Shown: one piece after another, positions 34,903 through 43,446 of the stretch | Layout of the letters: the number at the start of each line of letters is the position of its first letter | Numbering within the stretch: position 1 is the stretch's first letter | Assembly (NCBI GenBank): GCA_017551515.1 | Contig: JAFZLK010000038.1 | Coordinates: 16,064-80,063 of the forward strand | Length of the DNA: 64,000 nucleotides | Reading direction: 5' to 3' | From: Bacteroidales bacterium | GTDB taxonomy: Bacteria > Bacteroidota > Bacteroidia > Bacteroidales > ML635J-15 | The notes under the pieces: model-generated | What the model was told of the DNA's origin: nothing | The model's database searches: none | The model's input: only the letters and a program-made list of their open reading frames with translations | Translations under genes and position numbers: made by a program

Positions 34903-37296
34903 TTAAAATTTTGCTGATAATGATACTTCAAAGCGGCGAGGAGCGCAAATGTCGCCCGGACGACCACAATATACTTGATTCAAAAGGTTCTTCACATGGA
35001 AAGAAAGTTTCGTTTCCTTGTAAAGTTTTACACCTACATAAAAGTCGATGTTCCAGAAGTTTTGCTCGGCAGTCCTAATGCGATAGTCCCAGTAGCCGGG
35101 CAGTATTAAAGCGCTCAATACAGCATAGTCGCCAATAACCTCCTCCGCTGGACGTTCATCACAGAACAGGCGGTCAACATTCTTGACCTTGCTTTTCCAT
35201 ACTAGGTCGAAACCAACTTCAAACCATTTTGCAGTCAGGCTGACATCGGCTTTTACTGAATGTTTGTATCTGTATTTCAGTGTTTTGTCGTCGGTTGATG
35301 TTGACGGGTCAATGTCATCGGAAATGTATTTCGGATTGTTGTAGGTATAGCCCACCATTGCATTAAGTTCGCCCCATTTGCCGAGCGGACCGGTAATTAC
35401 GCCCGAAAGGTCAACACCAAAGATGTCGGCGTTTCCAACATTGGCACACTGGAATCCCATCTCGGGGTCGCCAACTTGCCCAAGTTCGTAAGGTTCTCCT
35501 GTAAGAGAATTAAGAACGACAAAGCCAAATTCCATCATATTGTACATACGCTGGAAATACACCGCTGCATCGGCAAAGCCTTTCCACTTGCCAAACTTGT
35601 AGCCCTGCTTTGCCCCGACTTCTACGCTCCAGCTTGTTTCGGGATTAAGATTGTTGTTCGGGAAAACCTTTACAGCACCCAATGCCATCGAAATGAATTT
35701 TTCGGAAACGGCAGGGAATCTGTAGCCCTGTCCGAACGAAGCACGCAGGAAAGTAGCCTCGGCAACCTGATAGTTGACACCTAGACGAGCAACCGGCTTA
35801 ATCGGAATATTAATGGTATCCTTGCCAAACTTAAGTTCGGTTTTGGTCATTGATGTATCGACCTTGAAATACTCGAATCGTACACCTAGCGAGAACTTCA
35901 GTCTGCCATAACGGGCATCGCCCTGTACATACGCAGCAACCTCGTTGCTATAGTGGTTGCTAAACATATTTGATATCACAACCTGATAATTATCTACAGC
36001 ACCTGCCGAAATTTTCCAGTGTTCCAACGATTTCTGGTACTGATACTCTGCGTACCAAACATCACCAAGGCTGTTTTTCATAGTGTCGTTGGAAATTTCG
36101 TTCAATGTGCGGAAGAATCTTGTGCGAAGGCTGTGACGGTCCTCGTTTTTCGGACAGATGTACTGAACAAATGGGTCAACATTTACCCTGTAGCCCTGAG
36201 TAGGAGCAGACGAACCGCCAAACATAGTATTCGAAACATACGGCATCGTATCTGATTGCCACATGAAGAAGTCGCTAATCTGATTGAGCATGTAGTTTGC
36301 ATTTACGCCAATCGAAAGGCCGTCAACCTTTTTGAAGCGGTAACGAAGGTTTGTGTTCAGTCGGGCACGGCGTTCGTATTCGGTATTGCGGAAGCCTTCG
36401 TTCTTGTAGAAATTGCCACCCAGAACAAAATCGAAGTTACCAAACTGCTGACTATGCAGGAAACTTGCTCCCATATAAGCAGGATTTTGTTCGTTGCCCC
36501 ACCATTTGAAACGCTCGTCGGCAGGGTCACCATAAATACCGAAGAATGCATTTACCTTTGTCATCGGTTCTGATGTAGGATATGCAGTACGGATGTTTAT
36601 CACACCACCCAATGCTTGCGAACCGAACAATGCTGATGAAGCACCTTTCAGTACCTCAACCTGCGAAATGTTCTCGGTGGGAATATAGTTCCATTTTGCA
36701 TCGGCAATATCGGCCGACATAATGGGCATTTCATCTACCAATATCATAACGCGGCTTCCAGCACCATAGCTCCATCCAGTACAAGAACGAATGCTAGGCT
36801 GGTGGTTGTTGACATCAACGCCAGGAACCTTGTTGAGCGATGATTCTATATTATAGGTGTTTTTGTTTTCTATCATCTGAGGCTTTAGGACTTCCATTGA
36901 AATGGTGATGTCCTGCAATTTCTGTTCGTACTTACCGGCACTCACAACAACTTCGTCAATGATTTCTGCATCCTGGGCAAGAACTACATTCTTTGTAACA
37001 TCTGAGCCAGAAATAGTTACATCTTCGTTGTGATTTTTGTACCCTATATAATTGTACTTAACCTTGTAAGAACCAGCAGGAAGTGCAATTTCGTAGTTCC
37101 CATCAAAATCGGTGCTTGTTCCTGTCTTTACCTTCTCGTTGGTGCTTGTCACCATGACATTTACACCGAACAATCCTTCCTTAGTTGCCTCGTCTGTTAC
37201 TTTTCCCTTCAGTTTTGCTGACTGCGAATAACCGTCTGCACATAATATAATACATGCGACAATAGCAAATATGCTTGATAATAAACGCTTTATCAT
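34903..37296 (-). CDS. TonB-dependent receptor with carboxypeptidase-regulatory-like N-domain
   Basis: 797 aa. KLKGKVTDEATKEGLFGVNVMV is the CarboxypepD_reg pattern. The plug region is VEVLKGASSALFGSQALGGVINIRT. The beta-barrel ends in ...LSAKF. Confidence 0.88.
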   Translation of the reverse strand: MIKRLLSSIFAIVACIILCADGYSQSAKLKGKVTDEATKEGLFGVNVMVTSTNEKVKTGTSTDFDGNYEIALPAGSYKVKYNYIGYKNHNEDVTISGSDVTKNVVLAQDAEIIDEVVVSAGKYEQKLQDITISMEVLKPQMIENKNTYNIESSLNKVPGVDVNNHQPSIRSCTGWSYGAGSRVMILVDEMPIMSADIADAKWNYIPTENISQVEVLKGASSALFGSQALGGVINIRTAYPTSEPMTKVNAFFGIYGDPADERFKWWGNEQNPAYMGASFLHSQQFGNFDFVLGGNFYKNEGFRNTEYERRARLNTNLRYRFKKVDGLSIGVNANYMLNQISDFFMWQSDTMPYVSNTMFGGSSAPTQGYRVNVDPFVQYICPKNEDRHSLRTRFFRTLNEISNDTMKNSLGDVWYAEYQYQKSLEHWKISAGAVDNYQVVISNMFSNHYSNEVAAYVQGDARYGRLKFSLGVRFEYFKVDTSMTKTELKFGKDTINIPIKPVARLGVNYQVAEATFLRASFGQGYRFPAVSEKFISMALGAVKVFPNNNLNPETSWSVEVGAKQGYKFGKWKGFADAAVYFQRMYNMMEFGFVVLNSLTGEPYELGQVGDPEMGFQCANVGNADIFGVDLSGVITGPLGKWGELNAMVGYTYNNPKYISDDIDPSTSTDDKTLKYRYKHSVKADVSLTAKWFEVGFDLVWKSKVKNVDRLFCDERPAEEVIGDYAVLSALILPGYWDYRIRTAEQNFWNIDFYVGVKLYKETKLSFHVKNLLNQVYCGRPGDICAPRRFEVSLSAKF

Positions 37297-37319
37297 ATAG
37301 TTTGCCTTTTAACAAGTTG

Positions 37320-37327
37320 CAAAAGTA
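37320..37327 (-). promoter_or_regulatory. -7 box for the TonB-dependent receptor operon
   Basis: The plus strand reads CAAAAGTA (minus TACTTTTG), 24-31 nt upstream of the ATG at 37296. Confidence 0.45.
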
Positions 37328-37835
37328 ATTCATTTTTTCTCTATGGATTGTTTTTGCAGCAAATTTTACTCACAATGCATTGTTCAACACTCAAAAAATC
37401 AAATAGTTACAATCAGTTTTCAAAACGATGATAAGCATTAAATTTTAGAGCATAATGTGCAGATTATATTTATTGTTAGTGGATAAATATAATATTATCA
37501 GCGCAACACATTGTACAGGCGCAAAATTTTGCGTCTCAACATATATAACCTTAAATTAGTCATGCAAAATTTATGCGACAAGATTGTCATTTCATCACTA
37601 AAAAACATCTATTTCGTCACCTATTTTCGACGATATTATTGTATTCAACTTTTTGTATAAATGAATGATGTATAAATTGCTAAATAATATATCTGAATAG
37701 TTACTATTAATGTACTAAAAATAGTGTTTGTTAGAGATTTTTTAAAATTTATGGTTTATTGTATTGATATTCAGTTCATTGTGTATTATTGCAAAAAAAT
37801 CCTAATATTTATGCTTTTCGTATTGAGAAAGTTGT

Positions 37836-37843
37836 TATTTTTG
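37836..37843 (+). promoter_or_regulatory. -7 box candidate for the 566-aa gene
   Basis: TATTTTTG lies ~155 nt upstream of the ATG at 37998. Confidence 0.3.
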
Positions 37844-37997
37844 CATTGTGTTAGAGTATGATTAACACATAGTGTGCAATATGTCGGAGAGCATTTCTCA
37901 CGCTTTGACGAAAAAATAATGGTGGGAAGAGTGTTATGGCATACCTAAAACAACTTGTGGTTAATGTTTTAATTTTTAGTGACTTAAATTAACGCTT

Positions 37998-39698
37998 ATG
38001 AGAAAAATTTTACTTTTGGCAATGTGCGCTTTGGTAAGCGGACTTGCATTGGGACAGGATGCCCATTTTGAATACTCTTCTAACTCTCTCGATTTCGTAA
38101 GTTCTACAGTTATTACAAACGAAAACACCTATCAGCAGTATTTGGTTGCAACAACACAAGCAATGGAACTTGTTGTTACGGAATTGGACCCGAACAATTT
38201 TCTTGCTCCTAGTACTACAAATTCAAACTACTTCTATATAGGTGACAGTATTTGCATTAACGGTGGCTTTATGGACAAGGATGAGAACATTGTTGTGTAC
38301 GGCTTTATCTATCCTAACAAAAACGGGTTTATCTTAAAGGTGAAAATGATTAACGGAAGTGCTTATTCTGTTATTTATGCGAAACATCCTAACTCATATA
38401 CATCTATTATAGATGGTTGTTGGAGTAGGAAAGACTATCTGGGCGTTGTCTCTATGACTTATGATTTCATTATAGGAGATAAATTTATGAGAATCGATAG
38501 TGATTTTTCTTATGATAGTAACACTTCACCTTTTATTAGATATATAGATGGTGGTTCTTTTTATTCAGTGTCTTGGGACGATATAAACAAGAAGCATATA
38601 GTCTGCGGAAATATGGACGGAAATTTTATTGTGACATATTTCGGCATTGCTAATACTCTGCCAACAACATTAACAGGAAGGTTTACACTACCTACGGGAT
38701 ATACTTTTTCAGAAGGGACAAATCGCGTGGTGCTTTCCGATGTTGACAGCGTGGTGTTCTTGTGCCACGACTTGAGATACAGCAACAACACAGGCGACGG
38801 TTTGTGGATAAGCAAGTACAATTATTTGTCGGGACAATTGTATTCGAGCGATATATATAAGTTCGGACTTGAAAAGGTATGGATACTTGACGCAGAAAAA
38901 AGTTCTGATTATCTGTACATATTAGGACATCACAACGGTTATGATAATGGAACATTCGAAAGAAAATACATTGCACAGTTCAACATGTACGACAATACTG
39001 ACTATTCTGTAAAGCTCATGTCGGATTATAATTTGTATCCGACTATAATGCCAAATCCTTTTGGTGTATTTACTCTTACAGACACAATAAATCTTTTGTA
39101 TCTAAACAATTTGAATCCTAATCCAAACCGTCCGTCTGTTACAGCATCGGGTGCTTTCGCTGGCAATTCTTATGCAGTTGAGGTTTACGACCTAAACTAC
39201 GAGGAGGATTGTGATATTGACAAGAGCGTTTCTCTATATCCCGTTCAGCCAATATTCAAGATGCTTAAACTTAAGATTCTTAATGACAAATGGATTTCTG
39301 CACCTATAGTGTTCTCAACAGCTAACTCTATAATATATTCAAATGATTTATTATGTCCAAGTTCCGATGCTTTGCGCGAAATACAAGATGCACTGAATAA
39401 TGATTTCGGAAACTATGACAAGTCTTTGAAATGGAACAACGAATCAGTCCGTAATCTTGAGGAAGAAAATATGCCAGAAATCTCGGTACTTGAGAGCGGA
39501 CTGTTTGTATGCCACAATTTTGGCGGACAATGCAACTTCCAGATAATTGATTTGTCGGGACATATAATGTACGAAGGTGTTACATTCAATGAAAAGTATA
39601 ACACTGTTTCCGTTAAGACTAATGGTTTGTACATTGTCAGGGTTGTGGATTCCAATGGAAATTTCGTTTCTTCTAAAATTGCAATAATGAATTATTAA
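37998..39698 (+). CDS. Secreted hypothetical protein with probable T9SS type-A CTD
   Basis: The signal peptide is MRKILLLAMCALVSGLALGQ. The C-terminus FQIIDLSGHIMYEG...NGLYIVRVVDSNGNFVSSKIAIMNY fits the CTD strand pattern but lacks the YPNP motif. I recognise nothing in the remainder. Confidence 0.55.
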   Translation: MRKILLLAMCALVSGLALGQDAHFEYSSNSLDFVSSTVITNENTYQQYLVATTQAMELVVTELDPNNFLAPSTTNSNYFYIGDSICINGGFMDKDENIVVYGFIYPNKNGFILKVKMINGSAYSVIYAKHPNSYTSIIDGCWSRKDYLGVVSMTYDFIIGDKFMRIDSDFSYDSNTSPFIRYIDGGSFYSVSWDDINKKHIVCGNMDGNFIVTYFGIANTLPTTLTGRFTLPTGYTFSEGTNRVVLSDVDSVVFLCHDLRYSNNTGDGLWISKYNYLSGQLYSSDIYKFGLEKVWILDAEKSSDYLYILGHHNGYDNGTFERKYIAQFNMYDNTDYSVKLMSDYNLYPTIMPNPFGVFTLTDTINLLYLNNLNPNPNRPSVTASGAFAGNSYAVEVYDLNYEEDCDIDKSVSLYPVQPIFKMLKLKILNDKWISAPIVFSTANSIIYSNDLLCPSSDALREIQDALNNDFGNYDKSLKWNNESVRNLEEENMPEISVLESGLFVCHNFGGQCNFQIIDLSGHIMYEGVTFNEKYNTVSVKTNGLYIVRVVDSNGNFVSSKIAIMNY

Positions 39699-39705
39699 CT
39701 ATTAA

Positions 39706-39735
39706 AGAGACTGCCATTATGGGCGGTCTCTTTTC
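39706..39735 (+). terminator. Terminator downstream of the 566-aa secreted protein gene
   Basis: AGAGACTGCC attatg GGCGGTCTCT is a 10-bp stem with one G-U pair, followed by TTT. Confidence 0.6.
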
Positions 39736-39743
39736 CTAATTTT

Positions 39744-41711
39744 ATGATTATGAAAAATATAATATTGATAGTTGTAAGTATATTTATATACATAAATTTG
39801 TTTGCTCAATTCGGTGGTGGCAGTGGTACCGAATCAGACCCTTATCGTATATATACAATATCGCACCTTGAAGAAATAGGTGATAGTCTAGATAATGGTA
39901 ACTATCTGTACGATAGACATTTTCGTCTTATGAATGATATTGTTGACGATTCGCTTGCAAATATGCGTGGAGGTAGGGATATTTACGACCAACATGGTTT
40001 TGGAGGCTGTTTTCACGGTGGCGGTCATACTGTGGCTTTGAATATAGAAGCAGACGAGGAACATAATGCAGCACTTTTTTATCATATTGGTTCAGTTGAT
40101 GTTTATGGAATACCCGATGGTCGTGGATATGTAGATTCGCTTACGGTTGTTGGCAAATTATTCACATCTGGCTCAAATAGTTCTCAAAGATCTGGTGCTG
40201 GATTTTGTATTGGTAATCGAGGAACTATATATCGATGTGTTTCAAAACTGCAGGTAGGCCATATATCTGGCTTTGGTGGCATTGCTTCTGAAAATAGAGG
40301 CAACATAATTTCCTGTACAAACTACACCAATACATCTTTTCCTACTGTTGGAGGAATATGTCTTATGGCTGTATCAAGTTCCAATACCGTAGATTGCGTT
40401 AATTATGGTAATTTTAAAATATACGGAGATGCTACTGGTGGTATATGTGCTAAGGTTTTGGCCAGTGAGCATGATTCTACTTACATCAACATAATTGGTT
40501 GTGCTAATTATGGCGAAATTTCATCTGGACAATTAGATGCAAGTTCAAGTATGCGAAATGTAGGAGGAATAATTGGTGAATGCAATATAGATGCGCGTAT
40601 AATAAGCAAATGCCTGATAAAGAATTGTCAAAATTATGGAACGGTACATGCCGATTCGTCAATTTATGTTGGCGGTCTTGTCGGTGGCGAGATAATAGGA
40701 CCAGTTTTCATAGAAAACTGTGCAAATTATGGAGATGTAATTGGAAAGTATAATGTTGGTGGAATAGCAGGTGAGTATTATGGAAACGACCCCTTGTGGG
40801 TTATTAATGAAGGATACACATATCCTACTGGAAGAATTATTAACTGTTTCAATTCCGGACACATACAGGGTGAGTCCGCAGTTGGTGGTATAGCGGGCTC
40901 GTTTGCTTCGTATTGCGGTGATACTCTCGCTCATTGCCTGAATATTGGAAAAGTTGAGGGTTCTGCAATATGTTCTGGAAATTACGACTACGAAGGCTGG
41001 GATTTGGGAGACAGCATTTTCTACGATTCTAATTACTACGATGCTCAGATGCTAGCCGATACTTCCGCCAATGAAGAAGGAATGTACGAATGGAAATTCA
41101 CTTCGCAACTCACAGGCGACACTCCCGAACTTCGCGCAATGCTTGGCGATGGCTGGAGTTATGCCGAAGGTCGTTATCCTATTCCGCTGGGTTTGGAAGA
41201 AGATTCGCTTGCAATGCTTTTTGCCACACCTATTTATCTGTATGCAGAAAGTGAAGAAGAATACGAAGATGTGGATTTGGTACAGCATCATTTTTTAGTA
41301 GGTACGGAGAATGAGGTTTCGTGGGCATCGGGTAGCCGGTTGTCAATAGTTGGCGAAAATGCCACAATCCTTGCATCTGGCAACGAAAATGTTACGGCAA
41401 GTTTGGCAGGTTATTCATTTACACGCAATTTAAATCTTATCAATCCAGTAACCATTGCTGAACAGGATTTTGACGATTTAAGAATCTATCCGAATCCTGC
41501 AACCGACATCCTTAACATAACATCATCTGAAACAATTTCCGAAATTGAGATTGTGAATGTTATGGGACAGGTTGTTTATCGCACGGAAGTGAATGCAGAT
41601 AATGCGGTTTGCGATGTGGAAGGATTAAATGCTGGTGTTTATATTGTGATAATTTACGGTAATTCGCGCACTTCGACTATGCTCAGTAAGCGAAAATTTG
41701 TGAAAGAATAG
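39744..41711 (+). CDS. GLUG-motif repeat protein with T9SS type-A CTD
   Basis: A signal peptide is present. GSGTESDPYRIYT is followed by repeated ..N.G.I......GG+.G.. GLUG-like units (NVGGIIGE, YVGGLVGG, NVGGIAGE, AVGGIAGS). The CTD is LRIYPNPATDILNITSSETISEIEIVNVMGQVV. Confidence 0.8.
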   Translation: MIMKNIILIVVSIFIYINLFAQFGGGSGTESDPYRIYTISHLEEIGDSLDNGNYLYDRHFRLMNDIVDDSLANMRGGRDIYDQHGFGGCFHGGGHTVALNIEADEEHNAALFYHIGSVDVYGIPDGRGYVDSLTVVGKLFTSGSNSSQRSGAGFCIGNRGTIYRCVSKLQVGHISGFGGIASENRGNIISCTNYTNTSFPTVGGICLMAVSSSNTVDCVNYGNFKIYGDATGGICAKVLASEHDSTYINIIGCANYGEISSGQLDASSSMRNVGGIIGECNIDARIISKCLIKNCQNYGTVHADSSIYVGGLVGGEIIGPVFIENCANYGDVIGKYNVGGIAGEYYGNDPLWVINEGYTYPTGRIINCFNSGHIQGESAVGGIAGSFASYCGDTLAHCLNIGKVEGSAICSGNYDYEGWDLGDSIFYDSNYYDAQMLADTSANEEGMYEWKFTSQLTGDTPELRAMLGDGWSYAEGRYPIPLGLEEDSLAMLFATPIYLYAESEEEYEDVDLVQHHFLVGTENEVSWASGSRLSIVGENATILASGNENVTASLAGYSFTRNLNLINPVTIAEQDFDDLRIYPNPATDILNITSSETISEIEIVNVMGQVVYRTEVNADNAVCDVEGLNAGVYIVIIYGNSRTSTMLSKRKFVKE

Positions 41712-41785
41712 AAACTTAGGTATGTTTTATTGTGGTCGTTTTAGAACTTTTTTACATGAAATTTAACTATAAAATTTAATAAATT

Positions 41786-42580
41786 ATGGAAATAAAATCT
41801 GTATATGAATTTGCATGGCTGACTACACAGCAAATTGTGGTTACAGCTGATGAAAAAGGTGAAAAAATAATGGGATTCGGCAGTGGATTCTTTTTCCATT
41901 ACAGAGATCATTTGTTCTTTATTACAGCAGATCATGTGTCTCATCCCAAAGACTTTGATGAAGGAATTAGAATCGGTAAAGACAACTTTGTATGGGTATT
42001 CAATAACAAAACAAGTAGTACAGAATTGTCTACAATGCTAACCCCTATTGGAGGTTTGTATTCATTTAATCTGTATGATGTTAATGATGAATTATCTTTT
42101 GAGATTCCAGATATGATAGATATTTCATTTGCAATGCTTCCTAACAATTTTAAATATCCATTTCTGTCACATGAACTATGTAATGAACAGGTAGTTGTGC
42201 CTGCAGGAAAGGAAAAATTGGTAATTAAATATGAATGTGTGGCAGAACTTACCGAATCCGATTATTGCTTGGTCGAAGGATGCGTTATGTGGGATATAAT
42301 AGATGGAGTTAGAGTTTTTAGATGCAATGCTGTTCACGAAGATTTAACTTTGGCGAAAATTGATAATGAAGGGGATTATATTCTTAAATATCCAGGACCA
42401 ATAGATGAAGAAAAATGGAAGGGGTTAAGTGGTAGTCCAGTATTTTCTGACAGTTGTAGGTTGATAGGTATGATAATTAAGGTGTACCCTAATGATAGTA
42501 CTGTGCGTGTAGTCCCCATGAAAAAGATAACTAATTTGATGGACTATGCGATTACGTATGAGCAATCGTTAAACCATTAA
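41786..42580 (+). CDS. Signal-less trypsin/chymotrypsin-fold serine protease (Trypsin_2-like)
   Basis: 264 aa. GSGFFF...FFITADHV supplies the catalytic His (~aa 50), IDISFAML the Asp (~aa 112) and GLSGSPVF the Ser (~aa 215). No signal peptide or lipobox is present. Confidence 0.65.
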   Translation: MEIKSVYEFAWLTTQQIVVTADEKGEKIMGFGSGFFFHYRDHLFFITADHVSHPKDFDEGIRIGKDNFVWVFNNKTSSTELSTMLTPIGGLYSFNLYDVNDELSFEIPDMIDISFAMLPNNFKYPFLSHELCNEQVVVPAGKEKLVIKYECVAELTESDYCLVEGCVMWDIIDGVRVFRCNAVHEDLTLAKIDNEGDYILKYPGPIDEEKWKGLSGSPVFSDSCRLIGMIIKVYPNDSTVRVVPMKKITNLMDYAITYEQSLNH

Positions 42581-42588
42581 AATGAAGA

Positions 42589-42683
42589 GGGCGTCTAAAA
42601 AGCGATATTCTTTGATATTTCAATATCCACAACTTAATTTTATGCATCTGAGTCTATACCAAAAAACGACTTTTTAGACACCC
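42589..42683. repeat. ~100-bp element with 14-bp terminal inverted repeats, copy B (opposite orientation to copy A)
   Basis: The ends are GGGCGTCTAAAAAG ... CTTTTTAGACACCC, with one mismatch. The reverse complement aligns to copy A at both arms and at ATATTGAAAT. Confidence 0.6.
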
Positions 42684-42713
42684 CCTTTTTGAAGAAAATA
42701 CATTTGCATTGTA

Positions 42714-42736
42714 ATTATGAAAAATATAATATTGAT
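42714..42736 (+). repeat. Exact 23-nt duplicate of the start region of the GLUG protein gene
   Basis: ATTATGAAAAATATAATATTGAT is identical to 39747-39769. Here it opens only a 30-codon ORF (MKNIILMSISNTNIINGRCLLYLNCILHGG*). Confidence 0.7.
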
Positions 42737-42953
42737 GAGTATTTCGAATACAAATATTATCAACGGGAGGTGTCTGCTCTATCTCAATTGTATTTTGCAT
42801 GGAGGCTAAATTTGCCCACTTTAATTTGTGAATTAGTGGGCAAAAGTTGAGCATTGTGTTTTTATATAGGAAATACAAAATGGATTGCAATTCATTATGG
42901 GAGTGGTTGCAAGACAAAAATAATCCCTTGATTAATAATTAAAAATTATAAAA

Positions 42954-43370
42954 ATGAATAAATTAGTTTTAATATCAGCCATATTGATGGCATTTGTATT
43001 GACATCCTGTGAAAAGGAAAATGTTGCAGAAATGGTTGAGAATAACGCGACTAGCAATGTGAAACATGCTAACTTTGTGCTGATGCAGAAAGGTTATACG
43101 GATGAATATGGATATATAGGAGATTTGTATGTTGACGAAAACGATCCGACAAACAAATACTTAGAAATCTACCAACTACCACAAACTAGGCAACACGAAA
43201 GACCGTATGACGGGACCTTGCATGCTTACTATACACCTGAAGGCTATCTTGATAGATATGAATGTATAGGAGATCCAACAAATTGTTGGGTTAACAATGG
43301 TTGTCCAACATGGTTAACAGGTACAGATCCTATAGTACATGAAAATAGTGTTGCAATTCTACAACCGTAA
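42954..43370 (+). CDS. Small lipoprotein, unknown function
   Basis: 138 aa. A lipobox is present (FVLTSC). The C-terminal Cys cluster is YECIGDPTNCWVNNGCPTW. Confidence 0.55.
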   Translation: MNKLVLISAILMAFVLTSCEKENVAEMVENNATSNVKHANFVLMQKGYTDEYGYIGDLYVDENDPTNKYLEIYQLPQTRQHERPYDGTLHAYYTPEGYLDRYECIGDPTNCWVNNGCPTWLTGTDPIVHENSVAILQP

Positions 43371-43446
43371 TCATACAAAATAAAGAAATAATTATTAACA
43401 TAAGCGAGGCACATTTGTGTCTCGCATATGTTACAACTGAAATGTC

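Noticed and set aside
37297-37997. A cobalamin, TPP or other riboswitch in the 700-bp leader region upstream of the TonB-dependent receptor.
   Set aside because: The region is uniformly AT-rich and lacks the GC-rich conserved cores (B12 box, TPP CUGAGA/ACCUGAUCUGG) on the minus strand. The best -7 box lies only ~25 nt from the ATG, leaving no room for an aptamer.
42654-42917. An 87-aa minus-strand ORF in the island's internal gap. A similar 109-aa minus ORF lies at 12709-13038.
   Set aside because: Both lie in AT-rich intergenic DNA or overlap a better-supported gene (abiEi). They have odd composition and no recognisable motifs or promoter context.
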